From Duncaniella sp. (GTDB taxonomy: Bacteria; Bacteroidota; Bacteroidia; Bacteroidales; Muribaculaceae), in contig JAIDSW010000251.1 of assembly GCA_029061025.1 (NCBI GenBank), forward strand, positions 241 to 64,240: 64,000 bases of DNA, read 5' to 3'. Made by a program: the position numbers and the translations under genes. Under the pieces are notes generated by a model. It was given only the letters and a program-made list of their open reading frames with translations. It searched no databases and was not told the origin of the DNA. Every line of letters begins with the position of its first letter. Position 1 is the stretch's first letter. Below, one piece after another: positions 28,653 to 39,434 of this stretch.

Positions 28653-30638
28653 TCATCTACGGAACGCTCCGCTGCCGTAGCGCTCACTGCCGGGATTGGT
28701 GAAGGGATCGGAGTAGTTGAATGTATCCTCTTCTTCCTCATCGGTATCGGTGAGTTGCCGGTTGGTATCCTTGGGCTTGTTTTTCTTTATCTCAAGGGGT
28801 TTCTGGAGATCGACGGGCTGATCGTTGATATTCCAGTTCTGCTCTATATCCCAGTTTTGCTTCAGGGAGATTTTGCGGGGATAATAATATATCTCTTCAG
28901 GCTGACGGGAAAGCGCTACCGAGCCGGTAGTATACGTGCCCGACGAGTCGGCGTCGACGTAAAGGCGGGCATAGTAAGTACCCGAGGTAAGATAGCTCAG
29001 CAGTGCCTCGCCATTCTCCACCGGAGCTGACGACACCGGCTGATCGGAGGTGCTGAGCAATTCCACCACGGCCGGAACTCTTGCCGGCAGCCCGTCGATG
29101 ACGAAGCGTATCGACGAGTAATCGCTCAGCTTGCGGGTGGTAAACTCGTGGATGAAAGGCCGGTTGACCAATCCGTAGAGGTCGCTCATCGAGGCGGAGT
29201 CAATGGTGAGGCGATAATGCGTGTCCTCATCCCACTTATAGTCGGCGATATATTTCATAGGGTCACCCGGGCGTGCAAGTCGCAGAGCCGGGCGGGGCAA
29301 CGGGTACCACACGGAGTCGATCATGGTCTCGAGACGGACGCCGGCGGTGTCAAATGTCACTATGGGAGTGGCCGACGAGAACGCAAGGGGGCGGTTGAGC
29401 TCCTGGACTGTGCTTGTCAGCGCCTTCAGCGACACCGACGGTATCTCCTTGGGCATCGTGTCGGCTTCCTCGACCGTATCCTTTTTCTTGGGTTTCTTCA
29501 TCTTGGTCCGGCGCATGAAAAGGCGGAGTGTGTCGGTGGTCCACGACAGATTTTCGAGAGAATCGGTGCGGCGGTAACGTGCCTCTACCAGCAGAGAATC
29601 GTTGGCTATGAGCGTGGTATCGGTAATCCAGTAGGTCAATGTATCGAGCCCGGCCGTAGCTTCGAGCACACTCCAGCGTGATATATCCTCGCCGCGACGG
29701 TGGGTATTTAAGAGCTTCAATATCGGCAGCGAGTCGGCCGGGGCACCAAACCGCAGGTTGATCTTGTAGCGCTCGGGGCGGGCGTGGTCGGCGAGATACT
29801 GAGCCTTGTATTCCTCGTTGAACCATGTCAGCAACACGTCGTCGGGCAGAAAGCGCGTGGCGTCGTGTGCCACTATCGAGTCAGTGCCCTCGCTGCTCTC
29901 AAGCGTGTCGGTAACCTGCACGGTCATGGCCGAGGGGGTGAGCACCGTATCATAGAAAGCTATATCCTCGGAGCGGTCCCAGTGATAGTCGCGGTTTACG
30001 TCGTTGACGGCAAATATCCTGTAGTTGCCCGCCTTGAGGTTGCGGATTGTAAACTGGCCGAGCTGATTGGTCTTGGTGATTCGCTCGAACGGCACGGTGG
30101 TGAGCGTGGTGTCGGTAAATGAGGAATACACACCCACGAGCATACCCTGGGCAGGCTCGAGATTCCGCGCCTCAAGCACCATGCCGCTTATGCGGAGCGT
30201 GTCGATCGAGTCGCCGGTGGCGAAGTCGAGGGCAAACCCGTCGAGCACATTTCCCTCGTTGAGATCCTTGATGGCATCGGCAAAATCTATAGTATAGGTC
30301 ACGTCAGGCACGAGCGTGTCGCGCAGGTCCACGGTCACGCGCCGTCCGTTGGCCGAAATCGCGGGAGTGGTGTGCTGGGCGGGCGAAATCACTATTTTTG
30401 AGCCGGGGTCGTCGAGCTGCACGTTTTCATCGAAATCTATGGTGATTCGCGAGCCGGTCACGCGGGTGGCTCCGGGATGGGGATTACTCTTTACGTATAC
30501 CGGAGGCGTCACGTCGCGCGGCCCACCCTCGGGGCGGCCTATCGACGCGCATGCCGCCACTATCGCGCCCACGGCCACGGCTATTACCCCCAACGCGAGC
30601 AGCCGGAGCGATGATGCTGTATTTCTGTTGTCTGACAT
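28653..30638 (-). CDS. Ig-like (Big_5) domain lipoprotein
   Basis: CASIGRPEGGPRDVTPP, a conserved Bacteroidetes N-terminus; TYTIDFADAIKDLNEGN. Confidence 0.85.
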   Translation of the reverse strand: MSDNRNTASSLRLLALGVIAVAVGAIVAACASIGRPEGGPRDVTPPVYVKSNPHPGATRVTGSRITIDFDENVQLDDPGSKIVISPAQHTTPAISANGRRVTVDLRDTLVPDVTYTIDFADAIKDLNEGNVLDGFALDFATGDSIDTLRISGMVLEARNLEPAQGMLVGVYSSFTDTTLTTVPFERITKTNQLGQFTIRNLKAGNYRIFAVNDVNRDYHWDRSEDIAFYDTVLTPSAMTVQVTDTLESSEGTDSIVAHDATRFLPDDVLLTWFNEEYKAQYLADHARPERYKINLRFGAPADSLPILKLLNTHRRGEDISRWSVLEATAGLDTLTYWITDTTLIANDSLLVEARYRRTDSLENLSWTTDTLRLFMRRTKMKKPKKKDTVEEADTMPKEIPSVSLKALTSTVQELNRPLAFSSATPIVTFDTAGVRLETMIDSVWYPLPRPALRLARPGDPMKYIADYKWDEDTHYRLTIDSASMSDLYGLVNRPFIHEFTTRKLSDYSSIRFVIDGLPARVPAVVELLSTSDQPVSSAPVENGEALLSYLTSGTYYARLYVDADSSGTYTTGSVALSRQPEEIYYYPRKISLKQNWDIEQNWNINDQPVDLQKPLEIKKNKPKDTNRQLTDTDEEEEDTFNYSDPFTNPGSERYGSGAFRR

Positions 30639-30640
30639 TT

Positions 30641-31558
30641 TTATAAAAGATCGATTTTCATGCCTTCGCGGGCTATGATTACATTGTCCATCACCGTGAG
30701 CGCTTCGGCGAGCAGCAGATCCTCCGACTCGTAGCGCTTGGAAAAATGACCGAGTATGAGCCGCTTTGCACCGGCGCGTGCCGCTATGCGGGCAGCCTGC
30801 AGAGCAGTCGAGTGGCCGCGTTGCATGGCAAGCGCCCGCAGCGAATCGTCGTAGGTAGCCTCATGGTACACCGTATCCACGCCCGCTATCGCATCGGCCA
30901 CGCGATTATCGGCAAGCGTGTCGCTGCAATAGGCATAGCTCACGGCCGGCTCGGCAGGAGTGGTGAGCATCTCGGGAGTGTAGATCTTTCCCGACTCGTG
31001 GGTTATCGACTGCCCGGCCTTCAGGGCAAGCCGCTGGGTGGGCGTGAGATTGAGAAACGCAGCCATCTCGCCGTCGAGGTGGCGAGGCTTCTCCTTCTCG
31101 CGAAATATGAATCCCGTGCACGGCACGCGGTGATAGAGCGGAAAACACTCCACCGTCAGAGCCTTCTCGTCGAGAATCACCCGGCTCTCGCCCGGAGCTA
31201 TGGCGTCATACTCCACTTCGAGCCCCGAGTCGCGCAGGAATGTATCGAGCCAACTGCGCAGCAACGGCACACCCTCGTCGAGGATATGGATGGTGACCCG
31301 CGAGGTGACACCGTGGAGCGCCATGGTCGAGAGCAAGCCCGGGAGGCCGAAAAGGTGATCGCCATGGAGATGGGAGATAAATATATGGCTCAGCCGCGAG
31401 AACTTGAGCGACATGCGGCGAAACTGCATCTGTGCGCCCTCGCCACAGTCAATCATCATCAGCCTGTCGCGGAAATCAATCACCTGACACGACGGCAGAT
31501 GCCGTGACGACGGCGTAGCCGATCCGCAGCCGAGAATATTAATCTGAAATTTTGCCAT
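30641..31558 (-). CDS. rnz: Ribonuclease Z
   Basis: ILGCGSATP, DCGEG, SHLHGDH, YCSDT, HEATY, GHFSKRY. Confidence 0.95.
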   Translation of the reverse strand: MAKFQINILGCGSATPSSRHLPSCQVIDFRDRLMMIDCGEGAQMQFRRMSLKFSRLSHIFISHLHGDHLFGLPGLLSTMALHGVTSRVTIHILDEGVPLLRSWLDTFLRDSGLEVEYDAIAPGESRVILDEKALTVECFPLYHRVPCTGFIFREKEKPRHLDGEMAAFLNLTPTQRLALKAGQSITHESGKIYTPEMLTTPAEPAVSYAYCSDTLADNRVADAIAGVDTVYHEATYDDSLRALAMQRGHSTALQAARIAARAGAKRLILGHFSKRYESEDLLLAEALTVMDNVIIAREGMKIDLL

Positions 31559-31689
31559 GCACAAAAGTAATAATTTCCCGTCTCCCGACCAAAAAACACA
31601 AAAAATTTACTTTTCAGCAGCATGAGATTAATTGAGAATTTATTTCAAAAAAGTTTCTACAATTAGTTGTATTTCATATAATTATTGAT

Positions 31690-31727
31690 TATCTTTGCAA
31701 ATCTCAAATTCGATTTGAAATTTGCAA
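31690..31727 (+). promoter_or_regulatory. -7 element (TATCTTTG) overlapped by a 33-bp palindrome, candidate operator
   Basis: ttgcaaatctcaaat-tcg-atttgaaatttgcaa (1 mismatch in 15-bp arms). Confidence 0.7.
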
Positions 31728-31755
31728 GAAAATCTGATACATCCACCCCATCACA

Positions 31756-32907
31756 ATGATTAACAGACTTTTATCAACCAAAATAGCCGATTTAAGCACC
31801 AAGTATCCCATAATCACCCTGACAGGTCCAAGACAGTCGGGAAAATCGACACTTCTCCGAAATCAATTTCCGGAGTATGAATATATTTCATTGGAAAACC
31901 TTGACATGAGAGAATTTGCCGAGGAGGATCCTCAGGGTTTTCTTAAAACTTATCCTACCCACGCAATTATTGACGAAGTACAAAAAGTACCGAAACTGTT
32001 TTCTTATCTTCAGACTCATGTGGATATAAGCGGCGAGACCGGAATGTATATGCTTGCAGGGTCTCAGAATTTTCACCTGATGCAGCACATCAGCCAGTCA
32101 CTTGCCGGCAGGACGCCTCTGTTGAAACTGCTTCCGTTTTCACGACGCGAACTCCACGATGCCGGGCTGCTTGATAATTCGATCGATGAGCAGATCTACA
32201 AAGGTTTCTACCCCAGGCTTTATGACAAGAACATCGAGCCGACCGACTACTATCCCTACTATATCCAGACATATCTCGAGCGGGATGTAAGAGATATTTT
32301 AAGAGTTGCGGATCTCAATAAATTTATAAAATTTATCCGCCTGTGTGCCGGCCGCATCGGTCAGATTCTCAATATGACTTCACTCGCCACCGAGGCAGGC
32401 ATATCATCGACCACCGCCGATGGATGGCTTTCAGTGCTTGAGGCAAGCTACATTTGCTACCGCCTTGAACCGAATTTCAATAATTACAACAAGCGTATCA
32501 TCAAGTCACCAAAACTATATTTTTACGACACCGGCCTTGCGTGCAGCTTACTTGGTCTCACCTCAGCTACTCAGGTCGAATCTTTCTACATGAGGGGAGC
32601 TTTATTTGAAAATCTTGTCATAAATCAATTTATCAAAGACGATTACAACTCCGGCCGAAATCCTGATCTCACTTACTGGAGAGATTCACAAGGTACTGAA
32701 ATAGACCTTATAAAGATAGCCGACACTCTGCTTACAGCCTATGAAATAAAGTCAGGGCAAACTTTTTCAAAGGATTATTTCAAAGGGCTTGACAAATGGG
32801 GACAACTATCGTCTACTCCTGCCGCCAGGTTAAATGTCATCTATTGTGGTGAAAAGTCCATGAATACTTCCAACGGAAATGTGATCGCTTTCCCCGATAT
32901 GTTCTGA
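31756..32907 (+). CDS. AAA+ ATPase (AAA_14 plus DUF4143)
   Basis: GPRQSGKS Walker A, IIDEVQ Walker B, SLAGR, PKLYFYDTGL, EIDL...YEIK PD-(D/E)xK-like tail; AT-rich. Confidence 0.9.
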   Translation: MINRLLSTKIADLSTKYPIITLTGPRQSGKSTLLRNQFPEYEYISLENLDMREFAEEDPQGFLKTYPTHAIIDEVQKVPKLFSYLQTHVDISGETGMYMLAGSQNFHLMQHISQSLAGRTPLLKLLPFSRRELHDAGLLDNSIDEQIYKGFYPRLYDKNIEPTDYYPYYIQTYLERDVRDILRVADLNKFIKFIRLCAGRIGQILNMTSLATEAGISSTTADGWLSVLEASYICYRLEPNFNNYNKRIIKSPKLYFYDTGLACSLLGLTSATQVESFYMRGALFENLVINQFIKDDYNSGRNPDLTYWRDSQGTEIDLIKIADTLLTAYEIKSGQTFSKDYFKGLDKWGQLSSTPAARLNVIYCGEKSMNTSNGNVIAFPDMF

Positions 32908-33041
32908 CCTGTGAGGTTACCGCAATTTTGACCGCTTGCATTTTTGAGGAATTTTTTATATCTTTGTAGATGGATTCGCGCCGACGCGCGCTTGTTTCCG
33001 CCAACATTTATTATTAACCGCAATTAAAACCACACACAATC

Positions 33042-33359
33042 ATGGACAACAAGAAAAATGAAATAAAAATCGAACTTACTCCCGAAGTTGCCGCAGGCCA
33101 CTATGCCAATCTCGCCGTGATCTCCCACTCGCCCAACGAGTTTTTCATGGATTTCATCGCCATGGCTCCCAATATGCCTCAGGCCAAGGTGCAGTCACGC
33201 ATCATCATGACACCCGAAAATGCCAAGAATCTCATGGGCGCCCTTATCGAGAACGTGAAGAAATATGAGGCTACTTTCGGCGAAATCAAGCCCAAGCATC
33301 CCATAAACGGCGGCCAGGGCGAAATACCCAACCCCTTCATCATGGGCGGCAAGGCTTGA
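33042..33359 (+). CDS. DUF3467 family protein
   Basis: GHYANLAVISHSPNEFFMDF and RIIMTPENAK motifs. Confidence 0.85.
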   Translation: MDNKKNEIKIELTPEVAAGHYANLAVISHSPNEFFMDFIAMAPNMPQAKVQSRIIMTPENAKNLMGALIENVKKYEATFGEIKPKHPINGGQGEIPNPFIMGGKA

Positions 33360-33400
33360 TATAACACTAAAAAACCATCACTCTTTTCATATTTGCTCCG

Positions 33401-34894
33401 ATGATCCGCGAAAATAATCTTGCAATCTACAATACTCTCTCCCGCACCAAGCAACCGTTTGTACCTCTCCACGAGGGCCGCGTGGGCATGTATGTGTGCG
33501 GTCCTACGGTGTATGGCGACGGCCATCTGGGTCACGCCCGCCCCGCAATCACTTTCGATGTCCTGTTTCGCTACCTGCGCTATCTCGGCTACAAGGTGAG
33601 ATATGTGCGCAACATCACCGACGTGGGACATCTGGAGCATGACGCCGACGAGGGTGAGGACAAGATAGCCAAGAAGGCGCGGCTTGAACAGCTTGAGCCT
33701 ATGGAGGTGGTGCAGCATTATCTCACCCGCTACCACAAGGCTATGGAGGCTCTCAACGTGCTCCCGCCGTCGATAGAGCCTCACGCTTCGGGTCACATCA
33801 TAGAGCAGATAGAATATGTGAAGAAGATTCTCGACTCGGGCTACGCCTATGTATCTGACGGCTCGGTGTATTTCGACGTGCCGAAATACAACCGCGACCA
33901 TCCCTACGGCAAGCTTTCGGGCCGCAACGTGGAGGAACTTCTCTCCACCACCCGCGCACTCGACGGCCAGCAGGAGAAGCGCAATCCCGCCGATTTCGCT
34001 CTGTGGAAGAAGGCTGCTCCCGAGCATATCATGCACTGGCCTTCGCCCTGGAGCGAGGGTTTCCCCGGATGGCATCTCGAATGCTCCACAATGGGCGAGA
34101 AGTATCTGGGCGAGACTTTCGACATACACGGCGGCGGCATGGATCTGATGTTTCCTCACCACGAGTGTGAGATAGCTCAGTCGGTGGCTCACAACGGCCA
34201 CGACGCGGTGAAATACTGGATGCACAACAATATGATCACCATCGACGGCAAGAAGATGGGCAAGTCGCTGGGCAACTTCATAACTCTCGACGAGTTTTTC
34301 AACGGTACTCATCCGCTGCTCGATCAGCCCTACTCGCCCATGACCATCCGCTTCTTCATCCTTCAGGCTCACTACCGCGGCACGGTAGATTTCAGCAACG
34401 ATGCCCTGAAGGGTGCCGAGAAGGCGCTGGGCCGCATGCTCGAAGGCTATCGTCGCCTGCGCGACCTGAAGCCGTCGGCGACCTCGACGGTCGACGTGGC
34501 GCAGTTTGAGCGCCGCTGCCGCGAGGCGATGGACGACGATCTGAATACGCCGGTCGTGATCGCTACCCTGTTTGACGCCCTGCGTGTGATCAACCAGATC
34601 AAGGACGGCCACGCTCAGGCTACCGAGGCCGACATCAAGGCTCTGCAGGAGCTGTTTGACACTTACCTGATCGACATTCTCGGCATACGCCCCGACATAG
34701 CCGGCGACGGCACGGCCGACGCTTCGGCCATGAAACCATTTGAGGACGCTGTAGATCTGCTGCTCGAGATGCGCGCCAAGGCCAAGTCGGCCAAGGACTG
34801 GGCTACGAGCGACCTGATACGCGACCGCATGGCCGCTGCCGGATTTGTGGTAAAAGATACTAAAGACGGGGCCGAATGGTCTCTTGCAAAATGA
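33401..34894 (+). CDS. cysS: Cysteine--tRNA ligase
   Basis: [30 protein letters not shown]. Confidence 0.98.
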   Translation: MIRENNLAIYNTLSRTKQPFVPLHEGRVGMYVCGPTVYGDGHLGHARPAITFDVLFRYLRYLGYKVRYVRNITDVGHLEHDADEGEDKIAKKARLEQLEPMEVVQHYLTRYHKAMEALNVLPPSIEPHASGHIIEQIEYVKKILDSGYAYVSDGSVYFDVPKYNRDHPYGKLSGRNVEELLSTTRALDGQQEKRNPADFALWKKAAPEHIMHWPSPWSEGFPGWHLECSTMGEKYLGETFDIHGGGMDLMFPHHECEIAQSVAHNGHDAVKYWMHNNMITIDGKKMGKSLGNFITLDEFFNGTHPLLDQPYSPMTIRFFILQAHYRGTVDFSNDALKGAEKALGRMLEGYRRLRDLKPSATSTVDVAQFERRCREAMDDDLNTPVVIATLFDALRVINQIKDGHAQATEADIKALQELFDTYLIDILGIRPDIAGDGTADASAMKPFEDAVDLLLEMRAKAKSAKDWATSDLIRDRMAAAGFVVKDTKDGAEWSLAK

Positions 34895-36099
34895 CCGCTG
34901 AAATCGTTGACCCCAATTTTCTACTGAAGTACGCTATCGGGCTCCTTGACAACATGGGGCTCGATCCGTCTTATTCCCACCTGACAGCTACCATTGCAGT
35001 GGCATTGCTGACGCTGCTGGTGGCGTGGGGCATATATGCGTTCCTCACCCGGGTGGTGGTGAAATATGTGGTGAAGCTCACCAAGTTCACCTCCGCCACG
35101 TGGGACGACATACTGTTTGACACCAAGGTGCTCAATGTGGTGTGTGAGGTTCTGCTCACGGTCTTCCTTCAGTTTGCGTTACCGAGGGCTCTGAGTCTGT
35201 ATCCCGAATGGAGCGAGGCTTCGATGGTGATGTGTCAGATACTCACCGTAGTAGCTTCCGTGCATCTTGTCAACCGCATCATCCTTGCCCTCTATTATCT
35301 TCTTGAAGAGAAGCGGGGCGCCCGCGTCACGGCTCTTAAAGGCATCAGGCAGATGCTTCAGGTGATTTCCATACTCGTGGGGCTGATAATCGTAATCAGC
35401 ATCCTCGCTCACCGCGATCCGCTCATCATCATTTCGGGTCTCGGCGCGGCAGCCACGGTGCTCATGTTGGTGTTTAAGGACCCGATTATGGGTGTGGTAG
35501 CCGGCGTGCAGCTTACGCTCAACGATATGTTGCGGCCGGGCGACTGGATTTCTGTACCGTCGCGCAACATCAACGGTATCGTCAAGGAAGTGGGTCTCGC
35601 TACGGTCAAGGTGCAGAATTTCGACATGACCATAGTCACCGTGCCTCCCTACTCGCTTCTGAGCGAGTCGTTTCAGAACTGGCGCGGCATGGTCGACTCG
35701 GGTGGACGCCGCGTGCAGCGCTCGGTGTGCATCGACCTCAACTCGGTGCGCTACCTCACTGCCGAGGAGCGTAAGGCCGTAGAAGGCGAGGAATGGTTTG
35801 CCCCGCTTGCCGACGGCCGCGAGGTGGCCAACATAACCGCTTTCCGCCACTATCTCAAGCATGCCATAGCCACCACTCCCACCGTTAAGACCGACATGAC
35901 CTGGATGGTGCGCGAGCTCGCCCCCACTCCGCAAGGTCTTCCGGTAGAGTTTTATTTCTTCACCTCCCACACCTCATGGGTGGAATATGAGGAATTTCAG
36001 GCAGGGGTATTTGACCGCGTGCTGGCCGACGTCAACCGCTTCGGTCTCCGCGTATACCAGGCACCATCGGGTCTCGACTTACTTTCGCTGAAACAATGA
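34891..36099 (+). CDS. Small-conductance mechanosensitive channel (YbdG/MscM-like)
   Basis: [36 protein letters not shown]. Confidence 0.9.
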   Translation: MTAEIVDPNFLLKYAIGLLDNMGLDPSYSHLTATIAVALLTLLVAWGIYAFLTRVVVKYVVKLTKFTSATWDDILFDTKVLNVVCEVLLTVFLQFALPRALSLYPEWSEASMVMCQILTVVASVHLVNRIILALYYLLEEKRGARVTALKGIRQMLQVISILVGLIIVISILAHRDPLIIISGLGAAATVLMLVFKDPIMGVVAGVQLTLNDMLRPGDWISVPSRNINGIVKEVGLATVKVQNFDMTIVTVPPYSLLSESFQNWRGMVDSGGRRVQRSVCIDLNSVRYLTAEERKAVEGEEWFAPLADGREVANITAFRHYLKHAIATTPTVKTDMTWMVRELAPTPQGLPVEFYFFTSHTSWVEYEEFQAGVFDRVLADVNRFGLRVYQAPSGLDLLSLKQ

Positions 36100-36536
36100 A
36101 CAAAGACGAAGTATACATGCGCATGGCCTTAAATGAGGCACGGCGCGCCCTCGAGGCCGACGAAGTGCCTATCGGCGCCGTAATCGTCAGTCCGCGCGGG
36201 CTGGTGATAGGCCGGGGTCACAATCTCACCGAGGCGCTTGCCGACGTGTCGGCCCACGCCGAGATGCTCGCCATTACCGCAGCAGCTCAGACCATAGGCG
36301 GCAAATATCTGCGCGACTGCTCGCTCTACGTCACCGTAGAGCCATGCCTGATGTGTGCCGGCGCCATTGGTTGGAGTCAGATAGGCCGCATAGTCTACGG
36401 GGCTTCCGATCCCAAGCGCGGTTACTCCACGCAGGTGTCGCGCTCGCCGTTTCATCCGCGCGCTGAGGTCGTATCGGGCGTGCTGGCCGACGAGTGCGCG
36501 GCGCTCATGACCGACTTTTTCAAATCCAAACGATAA
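36096..36536 (+). CDS. tadA: tRNA adenosine deaminase
   Basis: EVPIGAV, HAE, EPCLMC. Confidence 0.88.
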   Translation: MNKDEVYMRMALNEARRALEADEVPIGAVIVSPRGLVIGRGHNLTEALADVSAHAEMLAITAAAQTIGGKYLRDCSLYVTVEPCLMCAGAIGWSQIGRIVYGASDPKRGYSTQVSRSPFHPRAEVVSGVLADECAALMTDFFKSKR

Positions 36537-36556
36537 TCGCATAAATCCTCCTTCTC

Positions 36557-37237
36557 ATGAAAAAACTCGTTATCTCCACCGGCGCGGGTATCAGCGCCGA
36601 AAGCGGCATCTCCACATTCCGCGATGCCGACGGTCTTTGGGAAAATTACCCCGTGATGGAAGTGTGCTCGGCCGACGGATTCGCTCGCAATCCCGCGCTC
36701 GTCCACAAGTTTTATTCCGACCGTCGCCGCCAGCTGCTCACAGCCCAACCCAATGCAGCTCACCGGGCACTCGTTGACCTTGAAAAGAATTTCGACACAT
36801 ATATTATCACGCAGAATGTCGACGATCTCCACGAGCGCGCCGGCAGCAACCGCATACTTCACCTGCACGGCGAACTGATGAAAGCCCGCGCACTCGATGA
36901 TCCCGACCTGCTTTTCACTCTCGATGAGGAACACATCGAGACTACGCCCGACACCGTAATCGACGGCCACCACGTGCGCCCCCACATCGTATTCTTTCAG
37001 GAATCCGTTCCCAATATCGAGCGTGCGATCGAGTGGGCGCAGATGGCTGACATTTTTGTGGTGATAGGCACTTCGCTTGCCGTTTATCCCGCCGCCTCGC
37101 TGCTCCACTACGTGCGCCGCGGCGTGCCCGTCTATTATATCGACCCGCGCCCCGCAGCCGTGCCCTCAGGCGTCACCGTAATTCCCGAGCCCGCCACCCG
37201 CGGCGTCGAAACCCTCAAGAAATACCTGTTAGGATAA
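36557..37237 (+). CDS. cobB: NAD-dependent protein deacylase (class III sirtuin)
   Basis: TGAGISAESGISTFR, FYSDRRR (YxxR), TQNVDDLHERAG, HLHG, IGTS; lacks the Zn-binding cysteines. Confidence 0.93.
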   Translation: MKKLVISTGAGISAESGISTFRDADGLWENYPVMEVCSADGFARNPALVHKFYSDRRRQLLTAQPNAAHRALVDLEKNFDTYIITQNVDDLHERAGSNRILHLHGELMKARALDDPDLLFTLDEEHIETTPDTVIDGHHVRPHIVFFQESVPNIERAIEWAQMADIFVVIGTSLAVYPAASLLHYVRRGVPVYYIDPRPAAVPSGVTVIPEPATRGVETLKKYLLG

Positions 37238-37247
37238 TATCCGTTTT

Positions 37248-37736
37248 TTATAGCAGCTTCAGTGCTATTGCGGCGCAGGCTTCGGCGTCGGCGAGGGCAT
37301 GGTGGTGATTAGCCATGTCGTAGCCGCATGCGGCGGCGGAGATGTGGAGCTGATGACTCGGCAGGTCAAGGCATCGGCGCGAGGCGGCCAGCGTGCAGTG
37401 AAATTCATATCCGGGATATTCCATACCATACTCGGCAAAAACGGCCTTGAGGCAACTTTCGTCAAACGGTCGGTTGTGGGCCACAAGCGGCAGCCCCGCG
37501 ATGCGGTCGCGTATCTGCTCCCATACCAGGGGAAATTCCGGTTGCCCGTCGGTATCGTCGCGGGTCAGGCCGTGGACTTCGGTAGTCCAGTAGGTGTAAT
37601 AATTAGGCACAGGGCGGATGAGGCTGTAAAATCGGTCGACGATCTCGCCACCTCTCACTACCACCACGCCCACGCTGCACACACTGGAGCGTCGGCCGTT
37701 GGCCGTCTCGAAATCTATCGCTGCGAAGTCCTGCAT
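37248..37736 (-). CDS. DEDDh 3'-5' exonuclease (DnaQ/epsilon-like)
   Basis: IDFET, HNRPFD, HHALADA. Confidence 0.92.
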   Translation of the reverse strand: MQDFAAIDFETANGRRSSVCSVGVVVVRGGEIVDRFYSLIRPVPNYYTYWTTEVHGLTRDDTDGQPEFPLVWEQIRDRIAGLPLVAHNRPFDESCLKAVFAEYGMEYPGYEFHCTLAASRRCLDLPSHQLHISAAACGYDMANHHHALADAEACAAIALKLL

Positions 37737-38500
37737 AGTCTTTCCTCCTCAAAACGGTTATACACTTCAAGCATCTCACCGGGGAGATAGCTGAGAGCCC
37801 GGCGGCGCATATCATCGGGCACGGGATATTGCGCTTCGGCCAACGAGCCGACGATGGCGCCCACCGTGTCGGAATCGCCTCCATAGGCCACGGCCAGACG
37901 TATGGCATCCTCGAAGTTCTTTGAAATGGATGCTATGTAGAGTGAAACCGGGACACATCCCTGACAGGTCACATCGAAAAATCCTTTTTCGGGTAAATCC
38001 CTGAATGCGTCCTCGCCATAAAACTCCAAAGCTACATCCTCGAAAATCTTCGATGACTTATTGGAGGCAGTTCTCATCCTGAAAATGGCCACCGCTATTG
38101 CCACCGCTCCCTTGATGCCCTCGGGATGATTGTGGGTGATAGCGGCCGTCTTTTCAGCTTCGGTTCTCACCTTCTCTTCCGTATCAAAGAGCCACGCCAC
38201 AGGCGCCACTCGCATCGCCGAGCCGTTGCCGAAACTATTGTAGGGATACGGATCGGGACGCATCACCCAGTTGAAGAAATATCCGCCGTACTCACCCTTG
38301 GGATGAGGATATTTCCTGCACCACCGGCGCATAGAGTCTTGATAGTCATGCCCGTTAAGAATGGCATCGGCCACGGCTACGGTGCATATCGTATCGTCGG
38401 TAAAGTCACTTCCGGGGGCAAACATTTCGAAATCATAGCGGAAGGTATTGTTAAATTCGTAATCAGAGCCGGCGATATCGCCTATTATAGTACCTGTCAT
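37715..38500 (-). CDS. ADP-ribosylglycohydrolase (DraG/ARH family)
   Basis: IIGDIAG, FTDDT, SFGNGSAMR, THNHPEG, GGDSDT; ATG 2 bp after the WYL stop. Confidence 0.92.
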   Translation of the reverse strand: MTGTIIGDIAGSDYEFNNTFRYDFEMFAPGSDFTDDTICTVAVADAILNGHDYQDSMRRWCRKYPHPKGEYGGYFFNWVMRPDPYPYNSFGNGSAMRVAPVAWLFDTEEKVRTEAEKTAAITHNHPEGIKGAVAIAVAIFRMRTASNKSSKIFEDVALEFYGEDAFRDLPEKGFFDVTCQGCVPVSLYIASISKNFEDAIRLAVAYGGDSDTVGAIVGSLAEAQYPVPDDMRRRALSYLPGEMLEVYNRFEEERLCRTSQR

Positions 38501-38502
38501 AA

Positions 38503-39408
38503 TCAATCATTTTTATAAAGTTCGTTCATATCAGATATCCACCCTTTCATGGTGCGCCGCAGCGAGGGCGGATATATCACCTCAAGCATAGCTCCGGAGT
38601 GAAGCAGTTTCATCACGAAGTCATAGGTAGGCGCCAGAAAAAGCTCATAGTCGGCATACTCGCCGCAATCTTCCAAAAGCCGCTGGCTGTGATGGAGCGG
38701 CAAGGTGGCGACGTAGTGCTTGTGGTTGCGGTCAGCGCGCACCACTATACGCTCGGGCTTGACGTCAAATCCTCCTATCACCACACCGAATCGTTCGGCA
38801 AAAAATTCTTCGGCCGAAAACCCTTTGGGCAGTCGGAAAGTATCGTCGGTTATCTCTACATTCTCAAGCCTATCGAGCGCATACACCTTGATTTCATCGC
38901 GCATGTTATGACCCAGCACATACCACCGCTTTTCAAACAATCTGACACAGTAGGGCTCGATGGCAAACGTATTGCCGCGTGGACGGTTGAACGGATGATG
39001 GGTGATGAGCACCACGCGGTTATCCTTCATAGCCTGAAGTATCGTGGTGAGGTGCTCGCGACCCGACGGAATCTCATCGACCATAATGCGGTCTTTGAGC
39101 GACATATGCTCGCCGATTATGTTTCCGGCGGCAAACGAGTCGAGCATCCATTTCCGCAGCTTGTCCTCGTCGATATCTTCGGGATTCTCGATATAGTAGA
39201 GGTAACCTCCCGTCTTTTGGCATGAAATTATTATGCCGAACTGATCGAAGATGGCATCTTTCCATCGGTTGAACGTAGCACGGTGAAGCGGCTTGCAGTC
39301 GCTCAACTCCTTATTACGCTCCCAGCGCTCCGACAGATCCCTGTGGGAAATCTTCCCCGCACGCCGTATCGTGTCGATGAGCCACGTGTATTTCTGCAGT
39401 TGATTCAT
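38503..39408 (-). CDS. WYL-domain transcriptional regulator (wHTH-WYL-WCX)
   Basis: N-terminal HTH (HRATFNRWKDAI), IEPYC...RWYV, YALDR, LEVIYPPSLR. Confidence 0.92.
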   Translation of the reverse strand: MNQLQKYTWLIDTIRRAGKISHRDLSERWERNKELSDCKPLHRATFNRWKDAIFDQFGIIISCQKTGGYLYYIENPEDIDEDKLRKWMLDSFAAGNIIGEHMSLKDRIMVDEIPSGREHLTTILQAMKDNRVVLITHHPFNRPRGNTFAIEPYCVRLFEKRWYVLGHNMRDEIKVYALDRLENVEITDDTFRLPKGFSAEEFFAERFGVVIGGFDVKPERIVVRADRNHKHYVATLPLHHSQRLLEDCGEYADYELFLAPTYDFVMKLLHSGAMLEVIYPPSLRRTMKGWISDMNELYKND

Positions 39409-39434
39409 AATTCAGTGGATGAATGTTCTTGATG

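Noticed and set aside
36557-37237. Sirtuin as a SirTM ADP-ribosyltransferase or defence SIR2 NADase
   Set aside because: It has class III CobB motifs (YxxR, catalytic HG) and lies in a housekeeping cysS-mscS-tadA run.
14492-38500. Dedicated NAD-metabolism island (rex, nadK, cinA, cobB, ARH)
   Set aside because: The genes are spread over 24 kb in separate transcription units among unrelated housekeeping genes.
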